This document shows positions 53,050 through 64,000 of a stretch of 64,000 nt of DNA, one piece after another. Both the position numbers and the translations under genes were made by a program. This DNA comes from Raillietiella orientalis (lineage: Eukaryota), in contig JAYWIR010000026.1 of assembly GCA_036172245.1 (NCBI GenBank), forward strand, positions 310,001-374,000. Direction: 5' to 3'. Each line of letters opens with the position of its first letter. The stretch's first letter is position 1. The notes under the pieces were generated by a model. The model was not told the origin of the DNA. It worked only from the letters and a program-made list of their open reading frames with translations, and did no database searches.

Positions 53050-53570
53050 CGGGAGAGAGGAAGCCAGACATGCTGTGTGGTGTTCAACGTCATCCAACAC
53101 GAAAGCGCTTTTCCCGTCAACCGCCCCAAGTCCGACTTGGCGGTGAGACGCGGAGACGCTTCGGGGAGGGCAGCTTTTAAGTGGCTCACCCCGCATTGCC
53201 ATATGCTGCAGGGAATGCGCAGAATCCCCTCCGAAAATTTCAAGAAAACCAACGTAACCTCCATCGACATCTCGAGGGTCGATTCCCGGAGCCTTTCTCC
53301 TACGGGGGTGACAGTCTTGATGCTTTTCAGGGAGAGAGCACGCAAAAAACGTTCGGAACGGCACGCTCTGCGGATGGGCACGCATCAGCACGACGTCAGC
53401 GTCACTCGACATCCCGGAACCGAATTCATACGATGGGTCTCTCCCCATGCTTCCCAGTGATCCCGGCACACAGCTGAGAGTGGCTTCCCGCGAAAAGCCA
53501 CCCCGGTTAGAAGCATACCAAGAGGTGTGCGATTCCGAAATTGCCCCCCAGCTGGACGCGACCAGCACGG
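53050..53570 (-). mobile_element. Penelope-like RT relic; second copy at about 57330-57625
   Basis: Clear nucleotide repeat (catacgatgggtctctc...gatcccggcacacagctgag...gtgcgattccgaaattgcccc). Minus frames give GERPIV and STLEMSMEVTLVFLKFSEGI, resembling RPIVS and TLDVxSLYTxIPxxEGI. Confidence 0.5.
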
Positions 53571-53599
53571 CCGTCAGCAGTGCAGTGCAGAAACACGCG

Positions 53600-55500
53600 G
53601 CGAGCGACCTGTAACCGGCGGCGCGCCTCGAGTGGGAGCCCTGTGGCGTGACGTCAGCGTGCGCGCGACCAGCATGGCGGTCAACGGTGCAATCCAGAAA
53701 CACGCGGCAGATCTCCTCGCGCGCGGCTACAGCGGCGGAACGCAGCGAGGCTCGAGTTGCTCGGTTTGTGTTTCAACGGGATGAAAAGAGCGTGGGTTCC
53801 TTCACGGGAAGCGGCCGCAATTTGCTTCCGTCTCGCTCCTATCAAAGTTCGAGATCCGTGCCTCGCTTCCAATCGAAACATATGACTCTCCTCCCCTCGT
53901 ATTCGCTGTTCATCACGCTTTTCAGCACGGAGTCGATCATGGGGATCAGGAAAGGGGGCAGGCGCCGACGCATCCCACTCAACGTTTGTAGGATTGCCAC
54001 TCGGAGTCGCGCATTTTTCGGGATTGCCGTCCTTTGCCTCGTGAGGCTGACCTCGGATAGGCAGAGAGGGTGTTCTGTGCATGTGCGGGCCAGCAAAGCT
54101 GCAGCGGATCGCGGATAAGGAACGGGAAGGATGCACGGGAGAGTTCGACTGCGGCGGCAGTCGGGGGTGCCGCTGGAGATCTGGGAGACCAGGTTCCCGA
54201 TCCCCCGACCAGATCTCCTGTCACTGAGCAGGATGCACCTCTCCAGGTGAATTGGTTGCAGGCTGCGGAGGGTTTCTCTGAATTCGTGTGGCGTCAAACA
54301 AAATGGCGTCAGTCTTTGGCTCAGTTCGAACCCTTTGGGTCAATTCCGCATTTTACCTGCATGCAGCCGCAGCAAACGAACGTCTCTCTCTTCTTTCAGA
54401 GCCCCATGCAAATTGGGTTAGTTCTGCAATTCGGAGTGAATCTCAAAGAGCGATGTCAGCCGGCTGGCTGGCGGCTGTGCTCCTCAGCTACTGAAGATGG
54501 GAGATGTCCTTCCAGAAGACAGGTTGTTTTTGTGGTCGTCTTTCCGTTTCGCCTTTCTTCCCTTCTGAGGAATTTCTGACCCAATCTCAAGGTTGCTGTA
54601 GCTTCCCTCCTTATTTCGGCGCCAATGGCGGCGTGACCTCAGCGTGTGCGACCAGCATGCGGCCAACAAGTTGCCAATGGCGACGAAAGCATCAGGGAAA
54701 GCCATCCTGCAAGTCTAACAAGTCTAGCAAGAGTCCTGCAGTCTAACCATCCTAGCAAGAGTGTTACGCCACACTCTAATCCTCCCGTTTTTTCGCTTGC
54801 TCCACGAAACGCGGGAGGGTTCGACCACAGCCTCAAACCTTTGACAGCCTCCTCGTCGGTGTTCCTTCATCCCACGAAGGTCATCAAAGCCGTTGCCACC
54901 AGAGCCATTCCTGCCACCGAATGAGCGAAGTGGGAGTTCCTGGAAATGTTGAAGGGAATGAAAGGACAGAGGAGGAAAGCATCTTTGGCGGGGATTCGTG
55001 GGTCCACGCTCTGCACCCTGGACGCGCACCACGCGGTGGTGGGGAAACGCAGCGCTGAAGAACGTCCTTGCGCGCTCAGGCAGTGAACAGACATCAAAGC
55101 GACGTGCTGATTCGAGGAACGTTAATCCGAAGGAGTGGTCCAAGCTGAAGCTGCAAAAAAAACAAAAACAAAAGACCTCGGGTGCCATCTGTTCGCAGCC
55201 GTGAATCTTTGAGCACGGCCAACCCGGCTCGAATTAGGAGGCACTCAGGCTGGGCGTGCAAATTCTTAACGATCCCATTCACCGTCTGAAGAATAGCAGG
55301 AATACTTTCATCCTGGAAGATCCGTGAACAATGGGCAGTGTTGAAATGTTCATTTTTCATTGCAGATGAGCTGCGGTATAAACAAAAAAATATTGGCTTT
55401 ATATCTTGCCCTCGGTATACAAATGGCACCGTGGAGTGCCTATGGTTAGCAGCTGCAAACTGTTTATTCAATTTGTGTCCACAGAGAGGCGTGACGGAGT
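53600..55500 (+). mobile_element. Penelope-like RT relic(s) on the opposite strand
   Basis: Remnants GSIPHFTC, DVSVRATSMAVNGAI (DVxSLxTxxPxxEAI-like) and YKWHRGVPM. The gcgtgacgtcagcg...cgaccagc block occurs at about 53646, at about 54630 and inverted at about 58895-58925. Confidence 0.45.
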
Positions 55501-56449
55501 TCGTGTTTTAAAGTTCTCTGGAATTCGGAAACATTTCGTGGTTCCAGACGTCAAACTGTCCGTGCTTTCTCATCTTTATGTATACATACATGCATACATA
55601 CATACATACATACATACATCTCTCTGTGTGTGTTCGCTTCTTCTGTGACCACTGAGTTACGCCGTTCCCCGCGAAAGGGATTTCCTTCGAAATTTCCTGG
55701 AGAGCATTTCTGGAGAACTTGCCACTTCCAAAGACTTCCAGCAGTCAGCCCCACTTTTCTCCTCATCCCCGTTTCCTCCTGCATCACTCGGAGAGTGCGT
55801 TGCTTCCCGACGTGAAGGTGCTTTCGGTGTTCCCAACACGCACGCAGACGCACAAATCGAGGCGGTGCGCTGAAATTCTTGCGGCGAGCGACGACTGCCA
55901 GCATAGGGAAGAAAAAAAGATCCCGAATTCATCGATTTCATTCCATTTTATTTTTATTTTGTGCGAGGGCGCATCCAGAATAGGTGGCGTCGCGGAACCG
56001 ATCCTCCTCCGAGACGCACCATAAAAATCGGAAGCCACAAACGGAACGCTCGCTTTTTTCGATGCCGTTTCCAGGACGACGGAGCCATGGCGCCGTCCTG
56101 GACGCCGACTCCCGCGAGCGAATTCGAGAGACGGCAGGTCCTGCAGCTGCACGGAGGAGGTGCTCCGGCATCGAAATTCTGGTACGTCCAGAAGAAGTGC
56201 GTGCAGCGATGTGTACACAGCCCGCGGGTGGTTTGAGCCGCGCGGAGCGCTTCGCGAATCGCCTCCCGGCGTTCAGTAGGGGGAGGGAGGGTTTCACGGG
56301 ATGGCAACGCGACAACCGATTCCGAGATTCGCAAGTCATCATCACGGATGCAGAAAGTCCCCAATCGACGTTCACCAATTAAGCGCCACGGATGATTTCG
56401 AGCAAATGGTTGGGTGCTTGAAAGCTCGCCTCCGCCCAACGGAAGTGAC

Positions 56450-57330
56450 TTCCTCCCCCGTCCCTATCCGAAATGTCAGCTTCCGACGCCATAATATTAC
56501 ATCCGCATCCAAGCACTCCAAACAAACGCACTCGAGAGTAACCGATCGAATATTCTCTGCCGGTAATAAAAAAAATACCTCGAAACGAAGTTTGGCACCC
56601 CTGCGCTGCGGATCCTGCCTGCCCCCAGTACCTCTCTGGGACCCGCCCCTCCGCGACTGGGGCAACGTTCCGATGACCCGTTTTCGGACAGCGAAAATGT
56701 GTTCCGCGTTGTCGTCTTCCCCCCTCCCCCCCACTGTGCCTTTTTCGCTTGTTTTTCGGAGTCCCCAAGACAACGCCCATGGCGAAAATCCGCGTCCAAT
56801 CAGTGATTCGGTCAGCAAACTCAGAAAGCAGTTGTCGTTGGAGGTACTGATCGAGAAGACATCTACATCTACGACATTTGGCACCCGATGGCTGACTTGA
56901 CATCTCCGCCATCGCTTTGCAAATGGCTCCCTCCGCGAATAGCGACTCGCGTCATCGGATTTTTTTTTTTTTTTCCCGCATTTTGTCTTCCCACTCCACG
57001 TGGTTTCCTCTCCGCGTGCTCTCTGCCACGAAATTTGTAGTTGCAGCTTCAACACCCCCCGAGCACGCTCGCCACAACCACGTCAGCGGATGTTCAAAGG
57101 AATACTATTTATTGAGCATTGGAAAGGCGTTTCCGATAATGCGTATTGCATGCAATGCATATGCGGCTGAATATTATTATCTCAAGCACATCTATTAAGC
57201 ACCAGGGAGTCCTCGTCGGTCCATCGTCCGCACAGCAGCTTCACACGCGCACTCCTTCGCGACCAGGGAGAGGTCCGTGGGGCACTCGATCTTCTACGGC
57301 TGATGCGAGGTCCCACCTTTGGCACACAAT
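56450..57330 (+). mobile_element. Degenerate LINE RT fragment
   Basis: Ordered remnants ENPRPIS...K, SIGKAF, HQG and a damaged YADD-like stretch (tctacggctgatg) near 57295. Confidence 0.5.
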
Positions 57331-57625
57331 GGATGCTTTCCATCGTTTACGTGCTGCTGGGGCGGATGGCGCCACGAAATCACGGAGCAGGGAAGCACGC
57401 GCACCTGCAGAGATCATCCCGAGGAATCCGTTGCGCACGTACACATCTCCGAGTGCACAGTCACGCGACGTCCCGCAACCGAACTCATACGATGGGTCTC
57501 TCTCCCCGTGCTTCCCGCTGATCCCGGCACACAGCTGAGGGTGGCTCCCCGAGAAAAGCCACCCCGGTCAGAAGCATACCAAGAGATGTGCGATTCCGAA
57601 ATTGCCCCCAGCTGGACGCAAGAGT
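57330..57625 (-). repeat. Dispersed copy of the segment at about 53250-53560
   Basis: Direct nucleotide similarity, strongest over 57465-57620 versus 53405-53560. Confidence 0.8.
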
Positions 57626-60599
57626 GAAATAGAACACGCTCGTGGGGGATCCATCACGTGGCAGAACGCAGGCGTCGAGCGCCGGCGGCCGTCGAGGTCG
57701 TGGACTTCGTGCCGTGGATGTCGCGGAAACCCTGGAAGGCCACTCTTTTTCCATGCACAGCCTGAGAAAAGTGGACAGAGTTGGCGCGCGCCGGCGGCCG
57801 TCGATGCTGTGTGGATGTGTCGCAGAAGCATTCGCCTTCCGTCGACAGGCCAGCAGGGCCGCGTCCACGCTCCGCGGGCCGGAAGACGCCTTCCACGTTT
57901 GCGGTGGCTTTTGCGCGGAGACTTCGGAGCGCCGTCGGCTGCTCCAGCGAGAGAGGCGAGGAGCAGGGGCGGACGACAAGCGGAGGCGGTTGAGCAGAAT
58001 GGATTCAGGGGAAGGTGGGAGTTCGCTTCGCTTCCCGCCCTTTGCGCCGGTGGTTATTGGTGGTGGTTCGCACCGCTTCGGGCGCATCCGGAAACTCGAG
58101 GCAAAGGGAAACTTTGCCTCCTTCCCCTTGCAGCCGCGAACGTGCAAGTGGCGTCGTCTGCCCGAAAGGGGAGCCACTTTGCTTCCGGTCGGATCCTCTG
58201 CTGGTTCGACGTCGAGCGAGTGGCCGAGCGTCGCTCCCGTCGGCCGCACTTGCGGAAGGACACCCTCGCAAGGGATTCCCGTAGGGCTACAACCGCTGTC
58301 ACTCATCCTGCGGGAGTTGCCGAATTTGGTTCCTTTTTTCCTTTTTGTGCTTGTGTTTTTTGTTTTTCTGAAAAGATTGAGTGACCAAATGACTGTCAGG
58401 AGGACGGTGATGCGCTTTGTCCATCACGGCCGAGCATCGCTGTTAACACGTGAATGTCTTTTTCGTCATCAATCTCCCGTCGTGCAGACCACCAGGAGGT
58501 TGTAAAGGCGCCGAATTCTACAGGTTCCATTTCGCCCTGCATTCAAGGGAGTTTATTGTGTTTCCTGCGAGCCCTCTCGTGTACTGGCTGACGCACAATT
58601 CGGGCTCTTCACCGACCGTTTCCATGGTGACGTTTCGGTGTTGGTTACCTCTTTGTCGTTATTATTATCAGTTCCTTCTCTCTCCCCCCTCCCCTTCTTC
58701 TTCTTCTTCGAACGCCATCTTTGATTCGAGACTTCCCCGTCGCTTTCTGCTCGTATCTCGCAGGATCTTTCATTCAGCCCGGAGAAGGCATGAAAGCAGG
58801 AAACGGCGGGAGAGACTTTTCCGTTCCTGGCAGGGAAAGCCGATTTCAAGCCGCTGGCCATGTAGTACTTTTGGATTGCAATGTTGGCCCACACGCTGGT
58901 CGCGCGCGCGCTGACGTCACGCCGCCACTGGCACCGAAATAAGGAGAGTAGCAACGCCAACCATGCTATTGGGGAGGAGACTTCCCGGGTAAAGGCTCGC
59001 GGACCCGTGCGCCGCCCGGAGGGCGAGCGAGTGGTCGTCGCGTTCCCCTCCGCGGTTCCCCTCCAGGGACCCGCCGCCCGCGGATGGCCGCGGCGTTTGC
59101 GCGCGCTACGCCTATCAAACCGCCCACCCCGCTTGTGGCGCGCGCGCGCAGACCGCTAGGGGAATTTCGGCAGCGATCCAGAAAGTGGGTTCTCAATGGA
59201 CGGCTCGCCCCATTTATCTTATTCCGGGAATTTCGCTTCTCGAAGTCTCGCCTTGGCTTTTTGTCTTTCTCTGGAAGAGGAAGAGACGCACAATCCCTCC
59301 TCTGCAGTCCTTTTACAGCCGCCGATCTGTTTCACCAACACGTCCTTTGTCGGAAGGAAGGCGCGCCTTCACAAAGAGTCTTGCCGTTCTCTATGCGCCG
59401 AAACGCGTTGTGAGACAACGAACCACCCTTCTCCTCTCCCTCCCCCCTCCCTACTCGCGATGGTAGCCGCGGCAACCGGCTGCTACCCCGGAAGCGATGG
59501 CACCCGAAGGTTCTGCTCGCCTCCGTGTGTGGCGCGGATCCGTGTAGCGCGGCGAAAAGATCGGGGGGGGGAGGGGGGAGGAAAACATGGAGGCAGTTCC
59601 CGTACAGCGCGGCCAATCGGTCCTGTTTGGCTCGTACGACCCGACGGCGATTTCAATCGGGCCGGGTGCCCTTTCGTCTGTTCCCTTCTCTTTGGGAAAA
59701 ACCAAAACAAAACAAACGCAACACTGCCAACACGAGATTTACGTGCCTTGAATTCGATTGCCGTCCGAATGGTGCGCGAACAAACCAGACTTCGGTGACG
59801 AAACGAAGCCTCGACCGAGTGCACATCCACAGAACTCCACAACTTTTTTTTTTTTTGCTCCAAGGTCAAACATCACATATTCTACTGTAATAACGCTTCG
59901 CATCCCTTACTAGTACCATATTATCCGCTTGGATCCCATAGGGCTCGTATAACGCGGATCTGTACAATACTCGAGGCATCCTCCGCGTTATACGGGACCC
60001 ATTGCGACGGGGAACTCGATACAGGTTATCCTTGTCGACTGGTGACTGGGTTCGTCGCCCCCTGTGCCGTCGTGGAGAATTCCAGAAACGCAGACGTGCA
60101 TTCGTGCTTCGTAAAGTGAAAAGAGACCCTAGAAACATGGGAAATTCAATTTCTAAAAGCGCCGCGGCTCGGCATTTCTGTTCCTCTCCGTCCCGTGGGT
60201 CAGTCGACGGAAAGGACTTGCATTTGCAGAGGCGAAGTCACGAGCTGCCTTCTTCATCGGACTCATGAGAACAGCAAAAAGAGGCTAGATCTGGTCGTGG
60301 CACGATCTGCGACTGTGGAAGAAGGAAATTCATCCCATTCCTCCCTCAAAAAGAAGAAAACAAAAAAAGCAAAAAACCGATAAATGCCAATTCTAGGCCA
60401 ATCACAAAAAAATAAAAATAAAAATCGGCTTTGCTCAAAATTCGTGGGAAGAAGCGACTGCTTCGCAATTCTGCGAAACTTAATGGGTCTCACAGCCAAT
60501 GGACGTTCCAGGCATCAACCCTGTGATCTAGAGAATACAACAGAAACGAAACGCTTTCCCAGTTCTTCCTTCATGTGGACGATTCGACTGCCTTTCTGA

Positions 60600-61300
60600 A
60601 GGCGAACACGCGATTGGCCGAACCGACGAGATCAGCAATTAAATGCGTCGGAGGCTGCGGCCGGGCTCTGGTTTCATGGTAACCGTCAACACCGAGATCT
60701 TCGAGATCCCCTCTCCAGTCCCAAAGACCGACATGCGCGGTTCGGGAAAAGCGTCCGCATGGTTCGGCCGGGGTGACGCAACAATCTCCGGAGGCGAGCG
60801 CGGTCGCAACAATGAAGCAGAGCGACCGGATGCATCCAGGATGCGGAGTCATTCTTGCCGTTTTCAGGTTTCCCTTGGAGACGGAGCCATGGAAACGGTG
60901 CGAATGGAGGCGTGGATCGAATCGGCTTTGCGGTGGACCTGGTTCCAGCGCAGATGAGAGGACAGGGCGTGGCTGATGCTACAGTCTGCCCAATCGCGCG
61001 CGTCCACTCCAATGGTGGCGGCGGTGTCGCACTGCGGACTATCCCTTCGATGAGAACCGACGAAACGGGGAAAAATTTTGATGAGGGGGAGGCTGGAAAT
61101 TGGACCTGCAGGAGGTGCACCGACCGAAAAAGCGAACGATGAAAAGACTTTATGGGATGCAATGATCCACGGCTGTTCTTGCGCGAAATTCATGCTTTCG
61201 GAATCCCCTTTAGGGTGATCGTAGGGTGAGTGTCCCTGGGGAATTCCTCTGACGTGACCGAAGAGCAGCCTCCCGTGCTTCCTTCGTGACTTCCGCAACC
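60600..61300 (+). mobile_element. Possible Penelope-like RT relic
   Basis: Weak remnants WFHGNRQH..DPL, QVSLGDGAMETVRMEAWI and GVALRT in PLE RT order. Confidence 0.3.
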
Positions 61301-62589
61301 GGGTTCTCGAGGGGGCGCATCTCGGAAGCCTCGATTCCGGCCTTTCTTCAGTGACGGCCCTCAAGAATCCACCGCGCTTTTCCTTCCGTGCCGTGACCCG
61401 AGAAGGAATGGTGGAACCGCTTCGGGTCGTCCCTGGCAACGCTCGGCTGTTTGTTTGTTTGCTTCGTTCGATTGGAGGAACTTGCCGACTCCGCCAGCCG
61501 GGCCGGGGAAGAACGAGCGTGCAAAACATAAATGATAAAAAAAAAAAAAAAAAAACACCATTCCCTACTTTCGCTTTCCCCAAGGTCAGCCGGGCGTTCC
61601 GACTCCCGCGGAACAGACCGGGAAAAGGGAAAGACGAACGGTACCGAAGAGAGAGAGAGCTCTTTGTAAAAACACGCTGCGTGCTCCAGTCTTTTTTTTT
61701 TTTTCTGAAATCCATTCTTTAGGAGTCTCAGTCTGAATCGAAAGAGCGAAAACCGACGCCGAAGGAATCGGCGGGACGACTCCGGGAAGAAAGGCAGGCC
61801 ATCCTGAAAATATGATGTTCCATTCATGCACGGAAGCTGCTGCTCCGCGGAACGCGTCAGAGCGGCCATAAACGTCCACGTCGTAAATCACGAGATCACG
61901 TGGGAAGCGACTCTTCGGCCCGGACGAGCTGACGGGTGGGTCCCCAGGCGGCTCGGCGGCGCGCCCCGTGGATCGGCCGGTGCGCCCGCGTCGACCAGGG
62001 AGACCGGCGAAAGATCTTCCGCCGCGGGTTCGCTGGAGCCTTAGCAGCGCGCCGTGACCGCCGACACACACACACCCCCTCTCCACGTCCGGCCGGGCTG
62101 CTGCTCCAGGCGCTTGGGACGCGGAGGCATCTCCTCTTCCGCCGGAGGACGCGCAGCGGAGACACGGCGGGCCGGGCCGACGGAGCAGCCGCCAGGGAGG
62201 CTCCCGGAAGAGTGGATGGGCTGAACGGGCGGTCCGAGAAACGGGTGGGCCCCGGTCGTCCTTCGACCCGACGCGGCGGTTGGGCCACCTTGCGGCGGCA
62301 GTGGCCCGGCACCCCCTCCGCCACCGCAGCCGCGGGGCGGATCTCGGAAAGGAACCCGAGGGAAGGCATTGGCGGCGGCAGGGAGCGACAAGGAACGGCA
62401 GCTGCTCCCCGCTGCCGCCCCTCCGCAAGTTCGGAGGGCGGTGGGCGCGTCCGCAACACGGGAAACCCGGCGACGCCATTGGGCGTCTCCTCTTCGCCGG
62501 CGCGCAGCCGCCCAACTCTTCGTGGGGCACCGCAAGCGCGAAGGATTGGAAAAGATACGCACGCGCGCTCGTTGGACACATTTGCGTGC

Positions 62590-63725
62590 ATTGCAATGGT
62601 TATCAAAATATAGATGCGTTTATTATGTATATCTTAATGTATGTAATAAATTTGAATTAAATGAATGCATAATAAATCTATCGAATTGTGAACATGCATG
62701 TTTCTATTTTATGGAAACATACATGTCTAACATATTAATAATATATTAATGCAAGTTATTCATTGTATTATTAATATGCATGTTGATAAATATCAACCAA
62801 TTTCTATGCGAAGATCAATTTGTATACACATCTCTATATAAATGTAGATGTTAGTATACGTAATGGGCATGTTTTTAAAAATGTATGTATGTTTTTAATA
62901 TGTATATATACTAACACATGATTCACTGTATGAATAATATGTGTCTCAGCTAGTACTAATAAAAATTATTAATGTTAAAAATGTCTATGAGGATGAGTAT
63001 TAATAAATGTGTACTTTCGAATGAATTTGTGCATTCATCTCTATACAAATGTACACCTTAAGATACGTATTAAATAATATGTCTATTCTTCATAATGAGG
63101 AGACGCATGTTAATACATGTTGAGGCATATGGTCAACTATTATATTAGAGAGTACGTATGTTAAAACGGTACTACTATTAGTAATACTTATGTTGATAAC
63201 TATTAATCAGCACGCATGGGAGGGTCTGCTTGGATCTCTGTTTTCGGAGCCTCAAACACATTTATCAATGAGCGCATTTACGTACACATTTATCAATGAT
63301 TATTAAAAAATGTGTACGTTGAAATGAATTCGTGAATTCATCTCTGTACAAATACGTACATTGATATAAATTAAATCTATTTTTTCCTTACATATGTCTA
63401 ATATATATTAACAATATACCAACACATGTGATTATTATATTAATAATATGTATGTCAATAAATATGAATGAATATATGCGCTCAAAGAATATTAATGTTT
63501 CACATATCTATAATAAATTTGACAGTAAAGTATACTTGCGTACTAATCTATACATAAATATATATACATATTGATGTACACAATGAGTCTATTCATTATT
63601 TTGCATGATCATAATAATATATATTACTCTATATTTAATGTATCCATATGTAGTAAACGTAAATAATGAACGTATGCGTTTGCTTTCTGCGATCTCCGGG
63701 ATTCCGGCGTTCGGGATTTCGAGCC
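62590..63725. mobile_element. AT-rich TIR element copy, possibly inserted into a LINE relic (about 61900-64000)
   Basis: About 1.1 kb AT-rich interior ending in gcgatctccgggattccggcgttcgggatttcga (family right end), with abrupt transitions to GC-rich flanks. Confidence 0.7.
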
Positions 63726-64000
63726 ACGACTCTCGCGGAGCGCCGTGGTTGCCAGGATACCGACCTCGACACGAACCGCAAAGGCCGAGAGGCGGGGGGT
63801 CAGCTGGAAGGCCCGCGGCGGCGGCGGCGGCTCGAGGGTAGCGGGTTCCAAGCGCACCGCAGACCCCAGATGGTCTCGCGCCCGAGGCATGCTCTTTGGC
63901 TCGAGGGCCGTCGGGTGAGGTAAGGGGGGACCGGAAAGTACTCGGGAGCATGTCTTTTGCCTCCGAGCATGCCCTCTGCTGGTCGGGCCGGACCCGAGGA

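Overview
This is eukaryotic DNA, most likely from an arthropod or other protostome. It is GC- and CpG-rich with sharply AT-rich islands. One host gene can be supported: a minus-strand Pax group III (Pax3/7, paired/gooseberry-like) transcription factor. Four coding exons are well supported and a fifth is probable (21342/21305-20992, 20915-20795, 17826-17633, 14659-14172, 9466-9286). They have canonical GT-AG junctions and compatible phases, and encode a paired domain, an octapeptide and a Ser50 homeodomain (about 444 aa if the ATG at 21342 is used). Almost everything else is decayed transposable element: several copies of a Tx1/L1-like LINE, I/Jockey-like LINE relics, Penelope-like relics, a family of AT-rich non-autonomous TIR elements, a Tigger-like MITE, and micro/minisatellites. 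A strongly promoter-like CpG island at about 45-47.5 kb has no identifiable gene. TE assignments come from degenerate motifs read by eye across frameshifts, so they are tentative and their boundaries approximate. I found no convincing novel multi-gene system. The most notable oddities are a duplicated fragment of a Pax exon inside the upstream intron, a stop codon embedded in a splice donor that predicts two C-termini, a variant octapeptide, and TIR elements carrying internal tandem arrays.
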